A stretch of DNA of 63,693 bases, counting the filler, from an uncultured Methanosarcinales archaeon (GTDB lineage: Archaea > Nanobdellota > Nanobdellia > Woesearchaeales > CALCXY01), in the NCBI GenBank assembly GCA_964385185.1. It is 4 parts of 4 records of this genome, joined end to end, with 100 filler letters (N's around TTAATTAATTAA, not from the genome) between each part and the next. Parts side by side here need not be neighbours in the genome. Positions count along the whole stretch, not along the records: positions 54,994 to 63,693 come from CAYLOA010000037.1; 3 more parts are not named here. One strand, written 5' to 3'. The position numbers and the translations under genes are program-made. Positions 56,575 to 63,693 of this stretch are shown here, in pieces (position 1 is the stretch's first letter; each line of letters begins with the position of its first letter). Below the pieces are notes generated by a model. That model was not told the DNA's origin. It ran no database searches and worked only from the letters and a program-made list of their open reading frames with translations.

Positions 56575-57807
56575 ATGTTCAAGAAAGCAAAAGGGACACA
56601 AGATTATCTGCCAGAGGATCAGGCAGTTCAGAATTATATTTTTAATATATTCAGAATGCTTGCAGGGAGGTATGGATTTAAAGAAGTAGAATCTCCAGCA
56701 TTTGAAGACGTTAAACTCTTATCGAAGAAATCAGGTGATGAAAATACTCAGCAGATATTTCGTCTAGAAAAGAAAGGAGATGAAGATTTAGGTTTACGGT
56801 TTGATTTAACCGTACCTTTGACTAGAATGTTTGTAGAACAAGAGAAATCGTTACCTAAGCCCGTTAAATGGTCGTACGCCACCAGAATGTGGAGATATGA
56901 ACGACCTCAAGCAGGAAGATCAAGAGAATTCTACCAAGTAGGTGTGGAATTATTTGGAGCCGATGATCCTCGAGCAGATACAGAAGTAATTAACTTAATT
57001 CTAGATATTTTTCAAACTTTGGGTTTTAATGAGAATGATATAGAATTACGATTGAATAATAGAAAATTATTGGAAGGATTGTTGTTGGAGGAAGTTCTTC
57101 CTAATAAGATTACTGAAGTTATTCGTATTATTGATAAAAAATCCAAATTACCTAAAGATGTCTATTTAGAAGAGCTTAAGAAAATAGGAATTCGAGATCC
57201 CAATAAATTAGACCAACTGTTAGAGATTACATTATTTGAACGATTAGAGAATATCGACAAAAATGCATTAGCAACAGAAGGATTTAATGAGCTCAAAGCA
57301 ATTTGGCCTTTATTACAAAAGAAATTTGTTACTTTGAGTTTAAGTACGGCTCGTGGTTTGGATTATTATTCTGGAACGGTATTTGAAGTATTTGATAAAA
57401 GCGGAAAGTTTAGAAGTTTATGTGGTGGTGGACGATACGACGATATGGTTGAAGCTTTTGGATCAAAATCATGTGCTACCGGATTTTCAATTGGTTTATC
57501 AACTTTAACACTCTTGCTTAAAGATAAAAAGAAACTACCAGAATTGGATTTAGGTGTTGATTATTATGTTGCACCAGTTAAAGAATTTGAAAAGGATGCA
57601 TATGATCTGGTTGCTCAACTACGAAGCAAATATTCTGTTGAGACAGATTTGAGTGGTCGAAACTTAGGTAATCAAATTAAGTACGCCAACACTATTGGTG
57701 CTAAAAATTTAATAGTGTTTGGTGAAGATGAGAAAAAAAGTGGTAAAGTAAAAGTTAAGAATCTAGCTACTGGTAAAGAAGAAGAAAAAAATATAAAAGA
57801 GTTATAG
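56575..57807 (+). CDS. hisS: Histidyl-tRNA synthetase
   Basis: KGTQD, LRFDLTVP, RYERPQAGRSREF, RGLDYYSG, GGGRYD. Confidence 0.98.
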   Translation: MFKKAKGTQDYLPEDQAVQNYIFNIFRMLAGRYGFKEVESPAFEDVKLLSKKSGDENTQQIFRLEKKGDEDLGLRFDLTVPLTRMFVEQEKSLPKPVKWSYATRMWRYERPQAGRSREFYQVGVELFGADDPRADTEVINLILDIFQTLGFNENDIELRLNNRKLLEGLLLEEVLPNKITEVIRIIDKKSKLPKDVYLEELKKIGIRDPNKLDQLLEITLFERLENIDKNALATEGFNELKAIWPLLQKKFVTLSLSTARGLDYYSGTVFEVFDKSGKFRSLCGGGRYDDMVEAFGSKSCATGFSIGLSTLTLLLKDKKKLPELDLGVDYYVAPVKEFEKDAYDLVAQLRSKYSVETDLSGRNLGNQIKYANTIGAKNLIVFGEDEKKSGKVKVKNLATGKEEEKNIKEL

Positions 57808-57871
57808 AAAATCTCTTAGTGAGATTTTCAATTCCTCAAAATCTCTGCTCGTACCCGATGGAGATTTTGAG
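57802..57871 (-). repeat. Dispersed double-hairpin element, copy C (between convergent genes)
   Basis: Minus strand CTCAAAATCTC..GAGATTTTGAG-GAATTGAAAATCTC-actaa-GAGATTTTCTATAA. Confidence 0.65.
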
Positions 57872-59974
57872 TTATGAAGGTTTGTAGAAATCTACTAATT
57901 TCTTATTTAGGAATTGAGCAAAGTTCTCTGTTGCTTGTTGATATCTATTCCTTTGTTCTAAACCATTAATTGCTTGGGTAACTCTATTAGGAGTCTTGAA
58001 CTCTTGTTCTTCTCCAGATATTACCTGATTAAAGCCCCAGTATCCCCAAGACGGTTTATCATGGTCTAAACTTACATATGTACATGTTTTTTTGAATACA
58101 TTGTCTTTGTTCGCTTTTCTATTAGGTTTGAATTCTCCCGCAGTAGTTGCAGCTTGAATTACTCTTGTAAAGTCATCATACCAATCCTGTTGTTCCATTT
58201 CTGGGAAAAATTCTTTAGTGAAGGCATTGATAGCATCTTTTTTACCATTTCCTGACCATCTGGCTCTTCTTTCTTTTCCACTTTCTTCTTGTGTCCATTC
58301 ACGAGTGTCTGCTTCTTGTAAAGCTTGATATAAGTCATCTACAAGTGAAGCGGTGTCAGGTTCATACCTTGTTTCATCTTCATACCAAATAGGCTCTGTA
58401 CGTGAACTTCTTCTTGGCCACCAAGGTGTTCTTTTACCAATCTCTCCTAATTTTTGCATATGTAAGGCATCAAGAGTTTCTTGAGGTAGGTATGCTTGCC
58501 ATTTTTTTACATATCTTGATTTTTCTTTAATTTCAGGATCTTGTTGTTCTAATTCTTTGTATGAAAATGTTTTTGGGACATCTTTTTTCGGTTCAACTGG
58601 TTTGGGTGAGTATCTATTCCAGAGTCTTTTAATTTCTGGAACCATACTTTTTACTTCCTCAATACTTAGATTATCAATTAAAGCATTTCTTAAGTAAGTA
58701 GGTCTATCTCTTTTTACACTTTCAAAGTGTTCGTAGTCAATAGTATCCAAGAAAGAAGCCAAAGTGTCAAAATCAGTATCGGTTGTCTTTGGTTTTTCAA
58801 CTCTGGTATATTTATGTCCTTCATGTTTTTCTTTACAGTCAGCTTCAAAGATTTTTCCTAGAGCGACTGTTATCTCTTCAAGTTCTTTTTCTTTTCCGAT
58901 ATGTTGTGAAATATATTGTTCAAGAAAGTTTCTTCTTGCTTTCCAGAGTCCTTTAGTAGCTTTTCTAGCTCCAGACATCATTGCAGCAGTTGGTTTCTGT
59001 TTTCTTGTTATTTGACGTAAGGAAAAAGTATCATATTCAAAGGCTTCTTCTTTGTAGATTTTAGCTTCTTCAAATTTTGTATCCAGATCTATTTGAATTT
59101 CTAGTCCATTATCACTCTTAGAAGCATATTTAATGTCATCAATTAATCTTTGATAGACTACCTTATTCACTGGTAGTTTTTGAGCTGCCAAGGCCAAGGC
59201 AGTTCCCCAATCCTTCGTGGTTGCAGTGTACTTAGGATTAATAATCTTGGTGACTGCAGCATGACCTTCGGCAGCATGAATTGTTCCCGCTCGTAATTTT
59301 CTATCTAATGTATGATAGACATCTCCACCTTGAGATTTATTGGTAACGCCTTCAACATCTCCTTTTTTTAGCTCTTCAGCATAGGTGAGTAAATCTTTGA
59401 GCGCTTCTGGATCATTGGTAACAATATCTCCGAATTGTTCTGTTATTGATTTAGGAAGTGCATTAAATGCTTCAATAAGATTGTCAAGTGATATTTCTTC
59501 ACGTTTACTCCTATGTGCTGCTTGATGAGGATCTATTCTGCTTTTAAATTCTTTTTGTGATAATCCAACTAAGTCCCAAGTAGGAATTAATTCTGCATAG
59601 TCTGCATTGCTCACTCTCATATAGTCTACTTCCGGATCTACTGTGCCTCTTCCCCCATATTGATCGAAATCTACTTTGTTTGCCCATCTTAATTGTCCAG
59701 CTGTTGTTGTGGAGTTTCCTGCATCTCCCCTTTTTGCTGTATCAATTCTTCCTCTCTTGATTAATCGAGGAAATTCAGTTAATTTAGAAGCTCCATGACC
59801 ACTCAAATACCCTAGAATGTTTTTCCATCTTCTCAGCCACACTTTATTCTCTTGACCATCATCGGTGTTGGTACTTTCTGTTTCGATGAGGTGAGATAAG
59901 TTCAAATACGGTGTTGCTCTTTGGTCGAAAACTTGACCCAGATTGTCTAATACTTCTTGTTTGAGTAGTGCCAT
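57872..59974 (-). CDS. Hypothetical soluble protein, 700 aa
   Basis: Long ORF; no signal peptide or recognisable motif. Confidence 0.8.
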   Translation of the reverse strand: MALLKQEVLDNLGQVFDQRATPYLNLSHLIETESTNTDDGQENKVWLRRWKNILGYLSGHGASKLTEFPRLIKRGRIDTAKRGDAGNSTTTAGQLRWANKVDFDQYGGRGTVDPEVDYMRVSNADYAELIPTWDLVGLSQKEFKSRIDPHQAAHRSKREEISLDNLIEAFNALPKSITEQFGDIVTNDPEALKDLLTYAEELKKGDVEGVTNKSQGGDVYHTLDRKLRAGTIHAAEGHAAVTKIINPKYTATTKDWGTALALAAQKLPVNKVVYQRLIDDIKYASKSDNGLEIQIDLDTKFEEAKIYKEEAFEYDTFSLRQITRKQKPTAAMMSGARKATKGLWKARRNFLEQYISQHIGKEKELEEITVALGKIFEADCKEKHEGHKYTRVEKPKTTDTDFDTLASFLDTIDYEHFESVKRDRPTYLRNALIDNLSIEEVKSMVPEIKRLWNRYSPKPVEPKKDVPKTFSYKELEQQDPEIKEKSRYVKKWQAYLPQETLDALHMQKLGEIGKRTPWWPRRSSRTEPIWYEDETRYEPDTASLVDDLYQALQEADTREWTQEESGKERRARWSGNGKKDAINAFTKEFFPEMEQQDWYDDFTRVIQAATTAGEFKPNRKANKDNVFKKTCTYVSLDHDKPSWGYWGFNQVISGEEQEFKTPNRVTQAINGLEQRNRYQQATENFAQFLNKKLVDFYKPS

Positions 59975-60009
59975 TTTAAGAATTAGAACTAGAAATTTAG
60001 TATATATTA

Positions 60010-60037
60010 TAGTGTGGTGAAGTACTTTACCACACTA
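60010..60037. promoter_or_regulatory. Near-perfect 28-bp palindrome (operator or map terminator)
   Basis: TAGTGTGGTGAAGT/ACTTTACCACACTA with one mismatch. Confidence 0.5.
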
Positions 60038-60922
60038 AATCTTAGTAAGAATGGTTACTTTGTCGTCTACATAGAAAGAATGTTCAGCTTGCGCCACCAT
60101 ACCTTTATTTTTGTCAAGTAGTGGTGGGAAATCTTTGATAATCTCCATTTGTTCAAGCTCTTTGAGTGCGAAGTTGACTTTGCCTGCATGATGTTTTTTG
60201 GTGAGCCATCTTGTGGTGAAAGGTAATCCTTTGAAATTTTCAATTTCTTTTAGGATGGTTCTTGTAATCATGGATCTTACAGGTTTTTTATTCATGATCA
60301 TCCAAATACTATTCGGGGAAGATTCGTAAATAATTCCTGCTCCATTTGTTGCAAACGGTTCTATGGCAATGATGTCTCCTCGTTTTAATTCTTGAGTATT
60401 TCCATTATCATAATTGGGTATTGTAGGTGCTGTATGGACGTCGAAAGCTCCTAAACCATGACCTGATAGGTTTCTAATTGGAGAGAGATTGTGAGATGCA
60501 ATAGCATCATAGATTGCTTTTCCTATTTCATTAATGGGAGTTCCAATTTGAACTTTATCTGAGGCAGCTCTTAATGCATCTTGGGCTGCTTTTATGATGT
60601 TAGTATGTTGACCTGAGAGGTCTACAGTGGCAGCGTTGTCACCAATGGCTCCATTAATGCACACACCTACATCTAAGCAGCAGATTTGATCTTCAAATAC
60701 AATTTTATCGTCAGGATGAGCACAATAATGCGCAGCTATTTCATTACATGATATTTGTGAAGGGAATGCTGGGATTGCTTCATGGTCATAGATATATTTG
60801 TCAATTTTGTCTGAGACTTCTAATAGTGTTGCTCCTTTTTTGATTAATCCTTTTCCATACTGGAGTGTTTCAGCTGCTAATTTACCTGCTTGTTTCCAGT
60901 CGTCAAATGTGGGTTCTTCCAT
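60035..60922 (-). CDS. map: Methionine aminopeptidase type II
   Basis: AFP, AAHY, DVGV..G..GDNA, NLSGHG, AIEPFAT, AQAEHS. Confidence 0.97.
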   Translation of the reverse strand: MEEPTFDDWKQAGKLAAETLQYGKGLIKKGATLLEVSDKIDKYIYDHEAIPAFPSQISCNEIAAHYCAHPDDKIVFEDQICCLDVGVCINGAIGDNAATVDLSGQHTNIIKAAQDALRAASDKVQIGTPINEIGKAIYDAIASHNLSPIRNLSGHGLGAFDVHTAPTIPNYDNGNTQELKRGDIIAIEPFATNGAGIIYESSPNSIWMIMNKKPVRSMITRTILKEIENFKGLPFTTRWLTKKHHAGKVNFALKELEQMEIIKDFPPLLDKNKGMVAQAEHSFYVDDKVTILTKI

Positions 60923-61064
60923 AATTTTTGTAAATAGTTTGGAGGTTTTTAAAGGTTGTTGAAAATTATCTAATTTTACTAGGTGGATTATTTGCTTTTG
61001 TTAGAAAATTTACTGATTTTTTTTGTAAGGACTTAATAAGGATTAAAACAAAGAAAATAATAGA

Positions 61065-61110
61065 CCTGAGAAAATCTCAGGCAGGTTCACCGACAACCTT
61101 AATGGTGAAT
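61065..61110 (+). repeat. Degenerate partial copy of the downstream tRNA (anticodon arm, variable arm, start of T arm)
   Basis: CCTGAgaaaatCTCAGGcaGGTTCACCGACaaCCTTAatGGT versus tRNA CCTGAttgaaaCTCAGGtgGGTTCACCGACCCTTAcgGGT. Confidence 0.6.
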
Positions 61111-61141
61111 AAAAATATATAAAGGTTATGGTTTAAGTTAA

Positions 61142-61250
61142 GGTGTGGTGCTCTAATTCGGTATGAGGCCTGATTGAAACTCAGGTGGGTTCACCGACCC
61201 TTACGGGTTCGAATGAATTCCACGGATTTCTGAAATTCCCGTCCACACCG
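61142..61250 (+). tRNA. Class II (long variable arm, G73, Ser-like) tRNA with anticodon GAA and a 23-nt intron at 59/60 (61214-61236)
   Basis: Acceptor GGTGTGG/CCACACC, D stem CTC/GAG, anticodon arm CCTGA-TTGAAAC-TCAGG, variable arm GGGTT-CACC-GACCC, T arm ACGGG-TTCGAA[intron]T-CCCGT; TATATAAA at 61116-61123. Confidence 0.88.
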
Positions 61251-61294
61251 CTTAAAACTATACTTTTAAATAACTTGAATGAATTCTATCCTTC

Positions 61295-61723
61295 ATGACA
61301 ATTAAAAAAGGCGATAAAATCAAAGTAGAGTATACAGGAACACTAGACAACGGTAAAGAATTTGATAGTTCTGAAAAACATGGAAAGCCCTTAGAGTTTG
61401 AAGTGGGTGCAGGACAAATGATCAAAGGTTTTGATGAAGCTGTTGTGGGTATGAAACTTAACGAAGAGAAAGAAATTACATTAAAACCTGAAGATGCTTA
61501 CGGTGAAGAGAAAAAAGAAATGATTAAACCTGTTCCAAAAGATCAATTTCCTAAAGAGAAAGATCCTGAAGAAGGTATGGTATTAGTATTACAAACTCCA
61601 CAAGGTGGACAATTTCCTGTTAAGGTTGTTAAAGTTACTGACAAAGAAGTATTCTTGGACATGAATCATCCTTTAGCTGGAGAAACTCTGACTTTTAAAG
61701 TTAAGATTGTTGGGATTAATTAA
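61295..61723 (+). CDS. slyD: FKBP-type peptidyl-prolyl isomerase (SlyD-like)
   Basis: VEYTGTL, FDSS, GAGQMIKGF, PEDAYG, DMNHPLAG. Confidence 0.95.
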   Translation: MTIKKGDKIKVEYTGTLDNGKEFDSSEKHGKPLEFEVGAGQMIKGFDEAVVGMKLNEEKEITLKPEDAYGEEKKEMIKPVPKDQFPKEKDPEEGMVLVLQTPQGGQFPVKVVKVTDKEVFLDMNHPLAGETLTFKVKIVGIN

Positions 61724-62333
61724 GTTTAGGAAATTCTTTTATATTTTTTATTACCCAATCAGCGCCTATTTTTTCAAAGGCGTCTTTTGTATATCCACCA
61801 TTAGCTATTCCTATAAACTTCATTCCTGCACTCTTAGCAGCGACTGCATCATGGATAGTGTCTCCGACATAGACTAATTGATTTGGTGTGTAGGTTTCTA
61901 GAATGGGGTCAAAGAATCGTTCATCTGGTTTTTGAAATTTTACTTCTTCACAGCTGTATATACCTTCAAAGAGCTCTGGATTGAGTCCTGAATTTTCAAT
62001 GATATTATGCAAGGATTCTTTTTCTCTTGAAGACATAATATATAATTTGTAATTATTTTTGAGTTTGTCTAAAGCTTCAACTACTCCTGGAAATGCTAAC
62101 CTTTTTTGTTTGCTTGCAACTTTCCAGTATGCTGTTTTGAATCGTTGTTTGCTATATCCTGGCCAGAAGTTGTGGATTAACTTATCCCAAGGCATTCCAA
62201 AGAGGTTTTTTAGTTGTTCATCAGTTGGAACCTTAATTTTGAGCTTTTTAGCTGCCGCTTGATGGGCTTTTATGCCAATTTCTCGGTAAGGTACCAAAGT
62301 ATCGTCGAAGTCAAAGAGGACAGCTTTAATCAT
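61716..62333 (-). CDS. HAD-superfamily hydrolase (phosphoglycolate phosphatase-like)
   Basis: MIKAVLFDFDDTL, KPD, YVGDTIHD; start moved to 62333. Confidence 0.92.
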   Translation of the reverse strand: MIKAVLFDFDDTLVPYREIGIKAHQAAAKKLKIKVPTDEQLKNLFGMPWDKLIHNFWPGYSKQRFKTAYWKVASKQKRLAFPGVVEALDKLKNNYKLYIMSSREKESLHNIIENSGLNPELFEGIYSCEEVKFQKPDERFFDPILETYTPNQLVYVGDTIHDAVAAKSAGMKFIGIANGGYTKDAFEKIGADWVIKNIKEFPKLN

Positions 62334-62334
62334 A

Positions 62335-63561
62335 CTATGAATAACTATGTGGTCTCTTAAAAGGTTTTCGATTACCGAACGATCCTCTAGATGATCCTCT
62401 GCTAGGACCTCTTGAAGATCTGTCGTTTCTTGGTGGAAGAACAATTTGTACACGCTCTACATAAGGAGGTTTTACCTTCTCAATGTTTAATTCTGGGTAC
62501 TGTTGTTCAACTCTTCCAAAATTTTGGTAGTCTTGTTCAGACAAGAAGTTAATAACTTTTCCATCAGCTCCTGCTCTTGCAGTTCGTCCAATTCTGTGGA
62601 CGTAATCTTGAGCTTCTTTTGGAATCTCATAATTGTATACGTGAGAAACGTTGTTAATGTGTAATCCTCTTGCTGCAACATCGGTGCAGACTAAGACTCC
62701 TACTTTAGCATCGTTAAACATTTCTAATGTTCTTTGTCTTTTGTTTTGTGTAAATCCACCATGGATCGCAATAGCGTTAATTCCATTAGTTTTTAGATTC
62801 TTTTGTACGATATCAACTGAGATTCTCGTATTACAAAATACCATTACTAATCCTCTTGTTTCATTTTTTAATTCATGGATTAATAATGAAAGTTTAAGGT
62901 TTCTTTGTATGTTGTAGTATATTTGTTTTAGTTTACTTGGATCTACTTGGTTTTGAGCTCGTGCCATAATCTGAGTCTTCATATATTTTTTTGCTAAGTT
63001 TTTGACTTCAGTTGGCATAGTAGCTGAAAACAGTAGAGTTTGTCTCTCTGTTGGAAGAGTTCGAATGATGTCTTCCATATCATCAATAAAACCCATATCT
63101 AACATTCTATCAGCTTCATCTAAAACTAAAAGGTGTACTTTTGTAATGTCAATTGTTCTTCTTTCCAGATGATCCAATAATCTTCCTGGAGTTGCAACAA
63201 CAACATCGGTATTTGGTAGATGGTGAATTTGTTCTTCGATAGAAACTCCACCATATACAGCAAGAACTCTTAAAGCGTTATTTGAGAGCTTTTTGAGCTC
63301 CATAGTAACTTGTAATGCTAATTCTCTTGTGGGTAATAATACAATTGATTGGAGACCTGCCCCTCTTTTGCATTTTTCAATAATACCTGAACCGAATGCT
63401 AAGGTTTTTCCTGATCCTGTTGCGGATTCACCAATAACATCTTTTCCTGCTAGAATATCTTTAATACTTTTAGCTTGAATTTCAGTTGGTTTTGTTATTC
63501 CTAATCTGTCTAGTGTTGCCTTTAGTTGACTACTAACTCCTAACTCTGTAAATGATTCCAT
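62335..63561 (-). CDS. DEAD-box RNA helicase
   Basis: Q motif, ATGSGKT, PTRELA, TPGR, DEAD, SAT, ARGL, HRIGRTAR. Confidence 0.97.
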   Translation of the reverse strand: MESFTELGVSSQLKATLDRLGITKPTEIQAKSIKDILAGKDVIGESATGSGKTLAFGSGIIEKCKRGAGLQSIVLLPTRELALQVTMELKKLSNNALRVLAVYGGVSIEEQIHHLPNTDVVVATPGRLLDHLERRTIDITKVHLLVLDEADRMLDMGFIDDMEDIIRTLPTERQTLLFSATMPTEVKNLAKKYMKTQIMARAQNQVDPSKLKQIYYNIQRNLKLSLLIHELKNETRGLVMVFCNTRISVDIVQKNLKTNGINAIAIHGGFTQNKRQRTLEMFNDAKVGVLVCTDVAARGLHINNVSHVYNYEIPKEAQDYVHRIGRTARAGADGKVINFLSEQDYQNFGRVEQQYPELNIEKVKPPYVERVQIVLPPRNDRSSRGPSRGSSRGSFGNRKPFKRPHSYS

Positions 63562-63693
63562 TGTTTATAGCTCCTCAATATAAGCACTTAACAGAAAAAG
63601 CCAAATGATGTCAGTCAAGTGCTTTCTCGGTGCTAATTTGATATGTATATAAGGGGTCAGGACCTCTTTATAAAGTTATGGTTTGGCTAGAAT

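Noticed and set aside
61142..61250. Genome-wide Phe-to-Ser codon reassignment, tRNA-Sec, or the variable arm being a second intron
   Set aside because: Conserved Phe residues (e.g. TBP EQFPG) are encoded normally; the fold is 7/5 with no TCA anticodon; I could not build a convincing BHB around the variable arm.
62334..62453. N-terminal extension of the HAD hydrolase given in the ORF track
   Set aside because: Overlaps the helicase 3' end; the HAD motif begins at ATG 62333.
1..63693. Abrupt switches in strand composition as replication origin/terminus or foreign islands
   Set aside because: The switches coincide with the artificial joints, so they reflect arbitrary contig orientation.

Overview
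Archaeal draft-genome window, most likely a DPANN archaeon of the Woesearchaeota/Nanoarchaeota group (fused PriS-PriL primase, archaeal ribosomal proteins, TBP, MCM, Hef, KGQ-type class III signal peptides). It is a concatenation of four contigs joined by N-padded TTAATTAATTAA spacers (12507-12606, 23070-23169, 54894-54993), so gene adjacency across those joins is meaningless. Contents: an RHH-led surface/pilin-like operon (two genes missing from the ORF track), a DapL-type lysine operon headed by an Lrp regulator, a MacB-type ABC/COG1361 module, MCM-TBP plus the S10/spc ribosomal superoperon, primase, Hef, proteases, a class II-like ribonucleotide reductase, hisS, map, SlyD and a DEAD-box helicase. 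Most notable observations: (1) a 776-aa protein fusing a pore-less voltage-sensor domain, an APC amino-acid transporter and a SAM-methyltransferase-like domain; (2) a tRNA with a Ser-type body but a GAA anticodon, a complete BHB intron in the T-loop and a decayed partial copy just upstream; (3) a three-copy dispersed double-hairpin element; (4) a direct-inverted-direct triplication between uS3 and uL29 that creates a translationally coupled 31-aa ORF and alternative RNA pairings. All calls come from reading the sequence by eye; no searches were run.
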